A stretch of DNA of 48,701 nucleotides from Candidatus Blackburnbacteria bacterium (GCA_016183565.1 JACPEJ010000003.1:1-48701), one strand, 5' to 3'; counted from the stretch's first letter, positions 19,009 through 28,986 are shown. The notes: generated by a model from the sequence alone, not told the origin. A program made the numbers and translations.

Positions 19009-19362
19009 GTGCTACACGAAAAGCCGAAGACAAAAACTTGGGACAAGGAGATAGAGGTGAGTAGGTTCACAGGTCGGCCGAGGTCACGGGAGTCCCGTTT
19101 CCAGCAGCGCCCCAATACAAAAAGGAAATGGTCTGGTATTGTAAGGACGCACAATGGCGTGACGGATATACCGGTAGATGCTTCCACGGAGGAGTCACTT
19201 AGCCCACAGCTCACCAGACAACTCCTGGCACAGTTGGCCAAAATGCCAGCTGCGGCAGCCAAGGAGTTCCTCCGGCGGCCTGAGGGTGAGGTTTTGCACG
19301 CTGCGGCTCGTCATTACGGCTTGGACGAAATGGTCCAAGCTATAATCTACACACCTACCTAG
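19009..19362 (+). CDS. hypothetical basic protein in a small GC-rich patch
   Basis: 117-aa ORF with a GTG start. Locally elevated GC, followed by its own terminator. No recognisable motif. Confidence 0.35.
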   Translation: MLHEKPKTKTWDKEIEVSRFTGRPRSRESRFQQRPNTKRKWSGIVRTHNGVTDIPVDASTEESLSPQLTRQLLAQLAKMPAAAAKEFLRRPEGEVLHAAARHYGLDEMVQAIIYTPT

Positions 19363-19390
19363 GGAAATCCTCTCCTTTCTCCTTTCTGCT

Positions 19391-19437
19391 CCGGAGAGTT
19401 GTTAACAGTTGTCTTTAACTCTCCGGGGCCCTTTTTT
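19391..19437 (+). terminator. hairpin plus T-run
   Basis: CCGGAGAGTT (19391-19400) pairs with AACTCTCCGG (19417-19426), then ggccc and T6. Confidence 0.5.
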
Positions 19438-19590
19438 GTATATTGTATATCGCGCTTCAAGACGTTTCATTTTCCCGATGTGCAAAGCTATTCCACTCCC
19501 GATGTGGAATGTGCCTTGCCCACGAGGATCGAGCCTGATATAATAACAGAGGGTAGTAAAAAGAGGGTAGTAAAAGTAAAAGTAACAAAA

Positions 19591-19614
19591 GTAGTAGTAG
19601 TAGTAGTAGTAGTA
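19591..19614. repeat. (GTA)8 microsatellite
   Basis: Eight perfect GTA units ending 1 nt before the rpmE ATG at 19616. Confidence 0.95.
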
Positions 19615-19615
19615 T

Positions 19616-19927
19616 ATGAAAAAAGCTATTCATCCAAAGTGGTATCCAGAAACACAAGTAAGTTGTGCATGCGGTAACCGTTTTACCGTAGGGTCAACTG
19701 TGCCGGAAATCCGTGTTGAAGTTTGCTCAAATTGTCATCCTTTCTATACAGGTCAAATGCGATATCTTGACACAGCAGGGAGGGTTGATAAATTTCGGGC
19801 AAGACTCGAGGCAACCAGAGATAGCAAAGTAATCTCCAAAAAGGTAAAAAGGCAATTCAAGGCTGCAAAAAGACTTGAGGAAGAGAGAGCTCGACCTACT
19901 ACACTTGGTGACGTGAGGGGAAGGTAA
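19616..19927 (+). CDS. rpmE: 50S ribosomal protein L31
   Basis: MKKAIHPKWY start, CxC...CxxCHPFYTG zinc-ribbon pattern, and a basic C-terminal extension. Confidence 0.9.
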   Translation: MKKAIHPKWYPETQVSCACGNRFTVGSTVPEIRVEVCSNCHPFYTGQMRYLDTAGRVDKFRARLEATRDSKVISKKVKRQFKAAKRLEEERARPTTLGDVRGR

Positions 19928-19937
19928 CTTCTTTTTT

Positions 19938-20663
19938 ATGAACATCTATCAATCACAAACAGTTTACATAGAAACTCGGCCGGCGGCTGGAGGGGATGAG
20001 GCCAAGATTTGGGCTAGTGATATTTTGCGCATGTATACAAGGTTTGCAAACAGAAAAGGATGGAAAGTAATAAGCATAGATGAAAGCACTATTAAGATAA
20101 CCGGATTTGGGGTGTTTGATCTTTTGAAAAATGAAAGCGGTGTACACAGAGTTCAGCGGATTCCAGAAACTGAAAAGAGAGGAAGAATTCATACTTCAAC
20201 AGCAACGGTTGCTGTTATTCCCCAAGTATCCGGTGGCGAGGTACAGATAAATCCAGCAGAACTTGAATGGCAATTTTTCAGAAGCGGTGGTCATGGTGGG
20301 CAAAATGTAAATAAGGTTTCTACCGCAGTAAGACTTTTACATAAAAGCACAGGGATGGTTGTTACAGCGCAAACAGAGCGTTTCCAAGAACAAAACAGAC
20401 AAATTGCATTAGAACTTTTGCGTTCTAAGCTTTATCATCAACAGGAAGAAGCAAGAAAGATCCAAATTCAAGATTACAGATCCGCAATTGGAACTGGAGA
20501 CAGGTCAGAGAAGATTCGTACCTATAATTTTCCGCAGGACAGGGTTACAGACCACAGGGTAAATAAAAATTTTGGTAACTTAGAAGATTTAGTTGACGGG
20601 AATCTGGACAAGGTAATACAACTCGTTTCAAAACTCACGCGTCAGGTGCCAGACGGTACCTGA
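19938..20663 (+). CDS. prfA: class I peptide chain release factor, RF1-type, lacking N-terminal domain 1
   Basis: 241 aa. GGQ motif in SGGHGGQNVNKVSTAVRL and a P-E-T tripeptide (PxT type) in RIPETEKRGRIHTS. The conserved AGGDEA box lies at residues about 16-21 instead of about 110. Confidence 0.8.
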   Translation: MNIYQSQTVYIETRPAAGGDEAKIWASDILRMYTRFANRKGWKVISIDESTIKITGFGVFDLLKNESGVHRVQRIPETEKRGRIHTSTATVAVIPQVSGGEVQINPAELEWQFFRSGGHGGQNVNKVSTAVRLLHKSTGMVVTAQTERFQEQNRQIALELLRSKLYHQQEEARKIQIQDYRSAIGTGDRSEKIRTYNFPQDRVTDHRVNKNFGNLEDLVDGNLDKVIQLVSKLTRQVPDGT

Positions 20664-20758
20664 CTTGTGCAAGGTGAGATTGGAGAAGCTGTTTTGAAAC
20701 AGCTTCATAACAGTGGTACAAACCTCTTTGGGGTGACACGTCGTGTTAAAATGTAGAC

Positions 20759-21016
20759 ATGGCAAACAAAAAAATCAAGGTTTTGAAATATACGGCTGTT
20801 TTTGAACCTGCTGAAGAAGGTGGGTATGTTGTTAGTGTCCCTGCTCTACCGGGTTGTGTCACAGAAGGTAATACATTTGAAGAAGCTGTTGCTATGGTTA
20901 AAGATGCAATAGGTGGATATATTGCCGTACTTGAAGAAGAAGGTTTAGAAGTACCCAGGGAAACCGAAGAGGTTGTGGTAACAAAAGTCAGCGTTCCAAC
21001 ACTTCAAACAATTTAA
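20759..21016 (+). CDS. hicB: HicB-family antitoxin (UPF0150)
   Basis: 85 aa. FEPAEEGGYVVSVPALPGCVTEGNTFEEA is typical of HicB N-domains. Confidence 0.8.
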   Translation: MANKKIKVLKYTAVFEPAEEGGYVVSVPALPGCVTEGNTFEEAVAMVKDAIGGYIAVLEEEGLEVPRETEEVVVTKVSVPTLQTI

Positions 21017-21023
21017 CCATTAC

Positions 21024-21239
21024 ATGCCCGCTTTCAAAGCTAAAGAAGTCATAGCGATCCTCAAAAAACTAGGGTACATTCAAAAAAGACAAACAGGCAG
21101 CCATTTGATTATGTATCACCTCGAATTAAAACGAGCGATTCCTGTTCCACTACATGCGAAAGACGTAAGAAAAGGTTTATTGCATTCCATTATTAAACAG
21201 GCAGATTCGACACTAAAAGAATTTCTCAAATTAAAATAA
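21024..21239 (+). CDS. hicA: HicA-family mRNA interferase toxin
   Basis: 71 aa. Contains ILKKLGYIQKRQTGSHLIMYH, the HicA/YcfA signature. Confidence 0.8.
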   Translation: MPAFKAKEVIAILKKLGYIQKRQTGSHLIMYHLELKRAIPVPLHAKDVRKGLLHSIIKQADSTLKEFLKLK

Positions 21240-21298
21240 TGCGATTGTTTCTTGGGGAACCTCGGCCGAAGCTTCGCTCATTGTCTATTTGTTGATAC

Positions 21299-22456
21299 TT
21301 ACTCCTGAGACTGGGTAAGGGTTGTTGTGAGAGTAAGGGTTTCTCCATCTCTCCAAACTTCTATTTGGATTTTGTCCCCTACTTTATGCTTATTTACCAA
21401 TGCGGCGAGGCCGCCATTAGAATCAGTAACTTTCTCGCCACCTAGTTTCAGAATCACATCTCCAACTTTTACCCCAGCATTGGCTGCTGCAGATCCTTTA
21501 ACAATATCGCCAACGTATGCGCCTTCAGGAATCTCGTTAGCAATTGCTGCTTCGCGACTTATCATTTGGTACTGAACTCCTAAAAACGGTCTTACAAATT
21601 CTCCTGTTTGACGAAATTGGTCAATTGAGGACTTAAGAATGTTCACGGGAAGAGCAAATCCTATATTTTGGGCTCCTTGCGCAACAGCAACATTGACTCC
21701 TATAACACTACCGGAACTATCCAGAAGTGGGCCCCCAGAATTACCAGGGTTGATCGCTGCATCGGTTTGAATAACATTATCAAGGCGTTCAGCATATCCT
21801 TCGAAAGGATTGCCACTTCCTGCTGTTATTCCGCGACCAAGTCCTGAGATAACGCCAGTGGTTACGGTGTGCCTAAATTCGCCTAAGGCTGTTCCGATAG
21901 CAACCACAAACTGCCCGACTTTTAAGTTATCAGAGTCCCCTAGTTCGATAGTTGATAATCCGCCAGCTGGAGCATCTATTTTTAAAAGCGCCAGGTCGTT
22001 TGATGGGTCGCGGTAAATGTTTTTGACAGCGTATTCTTTACTATCTTTCGTAATTACTTTGTATTTCAGGGCAGTATTTCCAACAACGTGTTTGTTTGTC
22101 ACGATAAGACCGTCAGATCCGACTATAAATCCGGTTGCTAGATCTTGTTCGCCTCCTTGCTCTCTTAAGCTTAAGCCACCGAATGGATCAAACTCCAAAG
22201 AACGACGTTTGGGTTCTTCGACTGAAATAGTAACCACATTTGGAGAAACCCGCTCGGCAATATCAATAACTGCTGATTCTTCCCGGACAATTTTTCTTTC
22301 AGTAATTGAGGTTGCTTCACCGGAGGGGTTAGGGGGGAAAAATTGATCAAGTGGACGTATGCCAAAGAGGCGGTCGGCTATAGCACCACCAGTCATCGCT
22401 ACTAAAAACACAACAACAATAGCAACAGGAATTAAGAATTTGCGAAAGTTATTCAT
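21299..22456 (-). CDS. HtrA/DegP-family serine protease with PDZ domain
   Basis: N-terminal TM segment, TNKHVV (His), DLALLK (Asp) and GNSGGPL (Ser) catalytic motifs, and a C-terminal PDZ domain. Confidence 0.9.
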   Translation of the reverse strand: MNNFRKFLIPVAIVVVFLVAMTGGAIADRLFGIRPLDQFFPPNPSGEATSITERKIVREESAVIDIAERVSPNVVTISVEEPKRRSLEFDPFGGLSLREQGGEQDLATGFIVGSDGLIVTNKHVVGNTALKYKVITKDSKEYAVKNIYRDPSNDLALLKIDAPAGGLSTIELGDSDNLKVGQFVVAIGTALGEFRHTVTTGVISGLGRGITAGSGNPFEGYAERLDNVIQTDAAINPGNSGGPLLDSSGSVIGVNVAVAQGAQNIGFALPVNILKSSIDQFRQTGEFVRPFLGVQYQMISREAAIANEIPEGAYVGDIVKGSAAANAGVKVGDVILKLGGEKVTDSNGGLAALVNKHKVGDKIQIEVWRDGETLTLTTTLTQSQE

Positions 22457-23711
22457 TAAGTAATTGTATCGCTTTTTGCAACTGCTCGTCTACTTCTGTT
22501 TCTGGATCATCCTTTACTTCGACGTCTGGCTTTAGGCCAACTTCGTGTACCCAAGTTCCTTTTGGTGTTAGCCATTTGGCTGTTGTTATGTGGATACCCG
22601 AGGAAGTGCCAATAGGCCTTGCTTCTTGTATTGTCCCCTTACCGAAAGTAGTAACTCCTACAATTTTTGCTCTACTATAGTCTTTTAACGCACCCGAGAC
22701 AATTTCAGAAGCTGAGGCTGAGCCGCCGTTTACTAGTACAACTAAGGGTATTTCTGCCAGGTTTGCACGGCCATTTGCATTAAATTCTTTCCTTTTTCCA
22801 GTACCATCTTCTTGCATTACAACAACTCCACGCGGCAAAAACTCCGAGGCGATGTCTACTGCTGCGGTTAAATATCCTCCTGGGTTGTTGCGCAAATCTA
22901 AGACCATTCCCTTAATCTTCCTGCCTTTTACTTCCCTAATTGCCCGCTTCCATTCATCTTCGGTACTTCCACCGAATTTTAAAAGTCTGAGGATTGCAAT
23001 TTGGCCCGAATTATCAGGAGAGCTTTGTCCTGAGCTAGCCGAAGGGTTTTCAAACGTTAGTTTTACAGAAGCTATATCGATCTTTGCGCGCTCGATTTCG
23101 ATTTCAAGTGGCTTTTCTTCTCCCTCGCGTACAATAATAAGTGTAACCTTGCTACCTGCTGTTCCACGAATCGCCTCTACAGCATCGATCAAGTTCATGC
23201 CGGCTGTCGCAACCTCAAGTTTTTTCTGCACATCTTTTATCCCAACTATAAAGTCCCCTGCTTTAATACCTGCTTTGTAGGCCGGAGTACCTTCAAGAGG
23301 AGACTGCACAACAAGCCTTGAACCTTTGAATCCTATCTCTATTCCCACTCCTTCAAATTGTCCATCTAGATCCTCTTGTGTTCGTTTTTGTTCGTTAGGA
23401 GGAAGGAAAACTGTATACGGGTCTTTGAGAGATTCAACCATCCCCTTTATCGCGCCCAAGACCATTTGTTCTTTATTTATCTTAGATTTGTCAAAGTAAT
23501 CGCTTTCAACCTTGTCCCATACTTGCCAAAAAAGTGAAAAGTCTACGTCTTCGCGGTTTTGCGGAAGCTGCCTTTCGACGGTTGTTAATTGGGTGTCTAT
23601 AACACCGGAGCCTAAGTTTCGTTCGTTAACTACCCAACCGGAGATAAAAGACAGCAAAACAAGGGAAATTACTACTGCAAATTTTCTAATCTGAGGCAGA
23701 GTGAGTTTCAT
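22449..23711 (-). CDS. S41 family C-terminal processing peptidase
   Basis: 420 aa. PDZ segment plus LDLRNNPGGYL and GGSASASEI motifs. Overlaps the HtrA start by 8 nt. Confidence 0.9.
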   Translation of the reverse strand: MKLTLPQIRKFAVVISLVLLSFISGWVVNERNLGSGVIDTQLTTVERQLPQNREDVDFSLFWQVWDKVESDYFDKSKINKEQMVLGAIKGMVESLKDPYTVFLPPNEQKRTQEDLDGQFEGVGIEIGFKGSRLVVQSPLEGTPAYKAGIKAGDFIVGIKDVQKKLEVATAGMNLIDAVEAIRGTAGSKVTLIIVREGEEKPLEIEIERAKIDIASVKLTFENPSASSGQSSPDNSGQIAILRLLKFGGSTEDEWKRAIREVKGRKIKGMVLDLRNNPGGYLTAAVDIASEFLPRGVVVMQEDGTGKRKEFNANGRANLAEIPLVVLVNGGSASASEIVSGALKDYSRAKIVGVTTFGKGTIQEARPIGTSSGIHITTAKWLTPKGTWVHEVGLKPDVEVKDDPETEVDEQLQKAIQLLNE

Positions 23712-23712
23712 A

Positions 23713-23988
23713 CTACTGTGGGCTTATTACAAAAGGCAGGAGTGCAAGATGTCTGGCACGTTTTATTGCTTGGGTTAAACGGCGTTGGTGCTTTGCGCAA
23801 ACTCCGCTTCTTCCCCGGCCAAGAATCTTGCCCCGGTCGCTTAAAAAATGCGAAAGTGTTTCCCAGTCTTTATAATTTGGAGTTTTGCCTCCTGTGCAAA
23901 AAGCGCAGACTAAATTAGCCTTAATGTAATTACGGCTGTGGCCGTTTTCTTTCTTGTTATGTTTTTTGTTTCTTTCTTTGCTAGCCAT
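23713..23988 (-). CDS. rpsR: 30S ribosomal protein S18
   Basis: The ATG at 23988 gives MASKERNKK. Contains conserved [35 protein letters not shown]. Confidence 0.9.
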   Translation of the reverse strand: MASKERNKKHNKKENGHSRNYIKANLVCAFCTGGKTPNYKDWETLSHFLSDRGKILGRGRSGVCAKHQRRLTQAIKRARHLALLPFVISPQ

Positions 23989-24079
23989 AGTTCGTGAAAC
24001 GTGATACGTAATACGCAAAACGAGAAACGCGAGACGAAGAAATGTTTACCGTCTGCCGTTGTACGTTTAACGTTTTACG

Positions 24080-24553
24080 TTAAAAGGGTATATCTTCTGA
24101 TTCCTCTGTTGCTGGCGTTTCGGTGGTGATAGATGCTTCGGCTGACTGTGCAGGTGAAGGCCCTGAACCCTTACTGTCTAAACTTGACGGAATGTCAAAA
24201 TCTTCGCCACGAGAGCTACCTCCACCTAAAAAGATAATTTCATTAGCAATTATCTCGGTCGTGCGTCTCTTTGTACCGTCTTGAGCTTCCCATTCTCTTG
24301 TTGAAAGTCGGCCTTCAACGTAGGCCTGACTGCCTTTCTTAAGATACTCTGTAACTATTTCTGCCAGTCTCTGCCACGCAACAATTGTGTGAAACTCCGC
24401 CTCTTCTTTCTTACCCCCATCATCAGTCGTCCACTGCCTATTAGTCGCCAAACCAAATGTACAAACAGCAGTGCCTGAAGGAGTATAGCGAAGTTCCGGG
24501 TCACGTGTTAAATTGCCAATCAAAAGAACTTTGTTTAAAGATCTACTTGCCAT
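24080..24553 (-). CDS. ssb: single-stranded DNA-binding protein
   Basis: OB-fold start NKVLLIGNLTRDPELRYT and acidic tail ending DIPF. Confidence 0.9.
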   Translation of the reverse strand: MASRSLNKVLLIGNLTRDPELRYTPSGTAVCTFGLATNRQWTTDDGGKKEEAEFHTIVAWQRLAEIVTEYLKKGSQAYVEGRLSTREWEAQDGTKRRTTEIIANEIIFLGGGSSRGEDFDIPSSLDSKGSGPSPAQSAEASITTETPATEESEDIPF

Positions 24554-24618
24554 ATTCTTTTCCCTTACTTCTTGAGTTTATCACCACCCCTCTTTAGAAA
24601 TTTAAAAGTATAAGGATC

Positions 24619-24975
24619 TTAAACTTTTGACTTTTTACTTGTACTTTTGCCTTTTGCCTTTTGCCTTTTGATTTGTTGTTTTGCGCTTTGCGTTTCGCTT
24701 ACCACAAGCAAATGTCTTAGGACCTCGTCGTTAACCTCAAGTGATCTTTTAAGTTTACCAGAATTTTGGGAAGGAATGGTAATGTAAAAAAAGAGGTAGG
24801 TTCCGGTGTCTTGCTTTTTTATGGGGTAGGTTAATTCACGTTTCCCCCACTTTTCTGTTTTGTTAACTTTTCCCTCTAGAGAGGCCAGGGTTGCTTCAAA
24901 CTCTCCTAAAACTTTTTTTTGCTTTGCCTCAGTCAAATTCCCGGACAAAACTATAGTCAACTCGTAATTTCTCAT
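24619..24975 (-). CDS. rpsF: 30S ribosomal protein S6
   Basis: MRNYELTIVL start, within the canonical rpsF-ssb-rpsR order. Confidence 0.9.
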   Translation of the reverse strand: MRNYELTIVLSGNLTEAKQKKVLGEFEATLASLEGKVNKTEKWGKRELTYPIKKQDTGTYLFFYITIPSQNSGKLKRSLEVNDEVLRHLLVVSETQSAKQQIKRQKAKGKSTSKKSKV

Positions 24976-25254
24976 ATTTTAGAAAAACGGCGTTTCCAAA
25001 CGCCAGATGCAAGTATACCAAATCAATGAGTCCCCAGCAAGCTGCTCCGCCTTGGCTCGCGCCAAGCGAGACATGTCCGAAATGGAAGGATGAAAATTGG
25101 AAATATCTGGCAGCATTTGGCAAGATCTGGTAATATTAGGAAAAGCTATCGCTTTTCAAATTTTCAATTTACAATTTTTAATTTTCAATCAAATCTAAAT
25201 GTCCAAAATCCAAAATGAAAATTGAGTCATTGCAAACTCATTGAAAATTGATAC

Positions 25255-26256
25255 TTGAAAATTATGCTAATCCCTCCTAAATACATACTTACTCCCAAAA
25301 TATCTCAACTTTTAAGTTCAATTGAGGCGTCAAAAGAGGTTATAAACTCGATAACAATTCCTCCTGAAGTAGAAACGAATATCCGACGTTTATCAACTTT
25401 AAAAAGCTCCTTGTTCTCCGCGCGCATAGAAGGCAATACTTTGACTTTGGACGATATACAAAGGAGTCCATCTCGTGATCAAAAAAAAGCAGAAGTTTTT
25501 AATATACTAAAAGCCTTGAATTGGGTTTATCAAAGAAGATATAGAGATTTGACAACAAGGCACATACTCGAGCTTCATTTTACTGTTCTTGGTGGACTTA
25601 TTGAAAGACAGGAGTTGGGAAAGTTCAGGCGAGAGGTAAACGCTATATTTAATACTGCAGGAATCGCTGTATACCTCCCTCCCCCGCCTCGGCAAATATC
25701 TTCTCTTATAGATCGTTTTCTTAAGTTTGCCAATAGCAATAAAGAACCTTTTGTTCCGGTCCGAGCTTGTCTTGCTCATTATACTTTTGAAAAAATCCAT
25801 CCGTTTTTGGAGGGTAATGGCCGTGTGGGAAGGCTCATTCTCCAGGCAGTTTTGGAGAAAGGCGGATATGGGATGAAGGGGCTTGTACCTGTCGAGGAGT
25901 ATTTGGATAGTAATCGAAGTCTTTATTACAGAGCTTTGGATGAGACCGAACGAGACGTAACCGGATATTTGGAATTTTTGCTTGAGGCAATTTCTGAGAC
26001 TTCGGAGAAGACAAAAATAATGGTTTTGGAAAAACAGAAGGTGGAAATTGAAGATATACTTCTTCCCAGACGAGCAGAGATATTTAATATCATAAAAGAT
26101 CATAGACTTGTTAATTTTGATATTATAAGAAGGCGGTTTATGGTTGTTAATGAGCGCACACTGCGGTATGATCTTAAAAAACTTACTGACATGGGGCTTA
26201 TAAGGAAACGTGGGGCAACGAAGGGGGTTTATTACGAACCAGCTAGGACACCTTAG
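25255..26256 (+). CDS. Fic family protein
   Basis: Fic motif HPFLEGNGRVGR, plus a C-terminal winged-helix-like domain. Confidence 0.85.
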   Translation: MKIMLIPPKYILTPKISQLLSSIEASKEVINSITIPPEVETNIRRLSTLKSSLFSARIEGNTLTLDDIQRSPSRDQKKAEVFNILKALNWVYQRRYRDLTTRHILELHFTVLGGLIERQELGKFRREVNAIFNTAGIAVYLPPPPRQISSLIDRFLKFANSNKEPFVPVRACLAHYTFEKIHPFLEGNGRVGRLILQAVLEKGGYGMKGLVPVEEYLDSNRSLYYRALDETERDVTGYLEFLLEAISETSEKTKIMVLEKQKVEIEDILLPRRAEIFNIIKDHRLVNFDIIRRRFMVVNERTLRYDLKKLTDMGLIRKRGATKGVYYEPARTP

Positions 26257-26294
26257 AGGTGGAGTTAGGTTGACACATCTGGTAAAAATGATGT

Positions 26295-27359
26295 CTAACT
26301 TCCAATCTTAAACTCCACCACATCACCATCGTGCATTATATAATCCTTCCCCTCGAGCCGTGTTTTGCCAGATCGGCGGGAACCAGACCAACCACCACAC
26401 TCGACAAAAGTTCCATACGGTACAACCTCAGCTTTTATAAATTTTTTCACAAAGTCCGTGTGAATCACACCTGATGCTTCAACTGCACTTATGTTGTTTT
26501 TGATGGTCCAAGCTCGGATTTCTTTTACTCCGGCAGTTAGAAAGGTAATCAGACCTAAAGTGGCAAATGCTTTCTGTGTCAATCGCTCAAGACCGGATTG
26601 GTTGATTCCCAGCTCGGCAAGATATGCTTTGGCATCTTCCCCTCCCAAGCTTGCCAGATCTGCCTCTGTTTTTGCTGAAATGGCTATAACTTGGTCTTTT
26701 TCTAGTCCGTTCTCTTCAGCAAATTTTTCTTCCACAGTGTTTGTATTCTTCAGTTCTTCCTCATCCACGTTCAACACAACCAAAAATGGTTTATTCCTAA
26801 AGAGAAATGGCTGGTCTTCAACACTTTTTTCATTTTTGCTTTGTATTTTTGCATTTTGCTTTTTGATTTTTGATTTTTCTATGGTTTCAAGATCCGCCAA
26901 ATCCAATTCCGTCTTTACAGTTTCTAAATCACTTTTGGGATCAACCGATCCTGCCCTAATTATTCCTGAATCCTGAAAAGCGCGGACAACATGAACGATA
27001 GCATCCACTTCTCTTATATGAGCAAGGAATTTATTACCCAATCCTTCGCCTTTGTGTGCACCGGCAACGAGGCCTGCTATGTCAACGAATTCTACGGTTG
27101 CTGGAACTATGGGAATGCTATGATGCAATGAAGCTATGTCGCTATTATGCTTCATGGCTTTATAGCCTAATAGCTCCATGGCAACTACGTCGGCGAGTTT
27201 TTCGAGCCGTTTGTCCGGCACAGGAACTACCCCAATGTTCGGTTCAATTGTCGCAAATGGAAAATTTGCAATATAAGCCTGCTGCTTTTTGAGAAGCGCG
27301 TTAAAAAGCGTCGACTTCCCCACATTTGGAAGACCCACAATCCCTACTCGTAAGTTCAT
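26295..27359 (-). CDS. ychF: ribosome-binding ATPase YchF
   Basis: GIVGLPNVGKSTLFNAL P-loop, FVDIAGLV, and a C-terminal TGS-like GKDYIMHDGDVVEF. Confidence 0.9.
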   Translation of the reverse strand: MNLRVGIVGLPNVGKSTLFNALLKKQQAYIANFPFATIEPNIGVVPVPDKRLEKLADVVAMELLGYKAMKHNSDIASLHHSIPIVPATVEFVDIAGLVAGAHKGEGLGNKFLAHIREVDAIVHVVRAFQDSGIIRAGSVDPKSDLETVKTELDLADLETIEKSKIKKQNAKIQSKNEKSVEDQPFLFRNKPFLVVLNVDEEELKNTNTVEEKFAEENGLEKDQVIAISAKTEADLASLGGEDAKAYLAELGINQSGLERLTQKAFATLGLITFLTAGVKEIRAWTIKNNISAVEASGVIHTDFVKKFIKAEVVPYGTFVECGGWSGSRRSGKTRLEGKDYIMHDGDVVEFKIGS

Positions 27360-27627
27360 AACTATCTTTCTTGATTTTTAGGCATTTTTGTGATAATATA
27401 CATATTATCACGATGACTGGATAGGCCTAAGGTTTCGACCGACCGCTGATGCCAGTCTTTTTGAATTCTAAACTACCTCTTAGCCAATCCACCCGTACTA
27501 TAAAACTTGAGTACTTCTTAAAAAGCTTTGAATAGCGTTTATTGGGAGCAAAGACATGAAGCAACTTCTTGCCCCTTAATGTCTTTCTCTGTATATCCAA
27601 CTCTTATTTCATGGATAGCCATAATAT

Positions 27628-28986
27628 TTATAATCCTTTCCTTAATCTTTGTACATCACGCCAGCCAATATCAGTTCTAAAATGAAGATTGTTTCCATCA
27701 ATGCTTACTACTGACATCGCCCCATATGTTTTCCTTCTTGCATCAATAACAGTTTCACCTTCACCAACTATATAAAATAATCGGCCTCCACTAGCGTAGT
27801 GTCTCCCATCTTCTTCTTTTATACCTGCTCCATAAAGTCTTACTCCATCAATTTTTCTTGCTTCATCCAGTCCATAAATTTGTTTACCTCGTACTTCTTT
27901 ATAATCACCTGGATAACCTTTTGAAGCTCCTGTTACAACAACTCTTGCTTTATTATCCATTTGAAGCTGAAGGCTACTTATGTCTCCCTGAGCAAGCGCC
28001 ATACTAACTTCAAACAAGTCATTTATTAGACCTGGCAAAACTACTTGTACCTCTGGATCACCCCAACGAGCATTGAATTCTATTACTGATGGTGACAGGC
28101 TACCATTTTTTCTAATAGCCATTCCACCTAAGTATAAGACTCCTCGATATGGACGGCCTTCAGCATGCAACCCATTTATTGCTCTATTTATTACCCCTAC
28201 TTCAACGTCTCTCATCAATTCAGGAGTTAAAACTAGTGGTGGAGTACTACATCCCATACCACCAGTATTTTCTCCTTCATCGAAATTGTTCACTCTCTTA
28301 TGGTCTTGAGCATTCCCAATAACTTTATAATTTCTACCATCACTAAAGACATAAGTTGAAAATTCCTCACCTGCTGAACCATCATCGCCTCTTAACCACT
28401 TTTCTATCAAAAATACTTTTCCCGCCTCTTTGAAGCGTTCCATTTCTTTTATTCGTTCTACTGCTTCTTCATTATTTTTGGCAGGGAGTGCACCTTTACC
28501 TTCTGCCAACCTTGAAGCTTTTATGAACCAAGGTTGGTCTGGTTGTGATTGGATAAAGGAAAAACCTTCCTGTTGATTAAGACAAATTATGAAAAATGGT
28601 TGTGGGATACCATGTCTTTCACCAAATTCTCTTGACCATGCTTTATCCCATTCAATTTGACCAGCATCTTTAGTCGGACCAACAGTTGGCACACCTCTTG
28701 CTGTAAGGGCATCAACAAGTCCAGCTTCTACTGCGTTATCTTGTGCTACATCAACCAAATCGACACCTTCTCGCTCGCAAATTTCTAAAATCTCTGGAAT
28801 ACTCGTTGTTTTTAGTTGAGGATAAATCTGTACTGGCTTATCGGTATTTATTTTCATTAAATCATTGCCTGGTACAGCAATAATCCGCTCAACATGTTTG
28901 CTTTGAGCATATTTATCTACTAAAGTAGCTCCACGGCCACCACCATCAACAACCACAACTGTATTTCCTGTGTTTCGTTCTTTCAT
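27628..28986 (-). CDS. purD: phosphoribosylamine--glycine ligase-like ATP-grasp enzyme
   Basis: 452 aa with PurD-like N, ATP-grasp and C domains. Motifs VVVVDGGGRG, GPTKDAGQIEWDKAWS and GMGCSTP. Confidence 0.75.
   Translation of the reverse strand: MKERNTGNTVVVVDGGGRGATLVDKYAQSKHVERIIAVPGNDLMKINTDKPVQIYPQLKTTSIPEILEICEREGVDLVDVAQDNAVEAGLVDALTARGVPTVGPTKDAGQIEWDKAWSREFGERHGIPQPFFIICLNQQEGFSFIQSQPDQPWFIKASRLAEGKGALPAKNNEEAVERIKEMERFKEAGKVFLIEKWLRGDDGSAGEEFSTYVFSDGRNYKVIGNAQDHKRVNNFDEGENTGGMGCSTPPLVLTPELMRDVEVGVINRAINGLHAEGRPYRGVLYLGGMAIRKNGSLSPSVIEFNARWGDPEVQVVLPGLINDLFEVSMALAQGDISSLQLQMDNKARVVVTGASKGYPGDYKEVRGKQIYGLDEARKIDGVRLYGAGIKEEDGRHYASGGRLFYIVGEGETVIDARRKTYGAMSVVSIDGNNLHFRTDIGWRDVQRLRKGL

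Noticed and set aside
19399-19677. The 92-aa + strand and 66-aa - strand ORFs spanning the (GTA)8 repeat.
   Set aside because: The poly-Val and poly-Leu runs are generated by the microsatellite, and the ORFs overlap the rpmE start.
27420-27497. tRNA-like or tmRNA-like impression in the purD-ychF spacer (ggataggcctaagg...cttagccaatcca, with ggtttcgac inside).
   Set aside because: It folds only as a long imperfect hairpin. There is no acceptor/T-arm geometry and no TTCGA loop. It may be a terminator or regulatory hairpin, but I cannot assign it.
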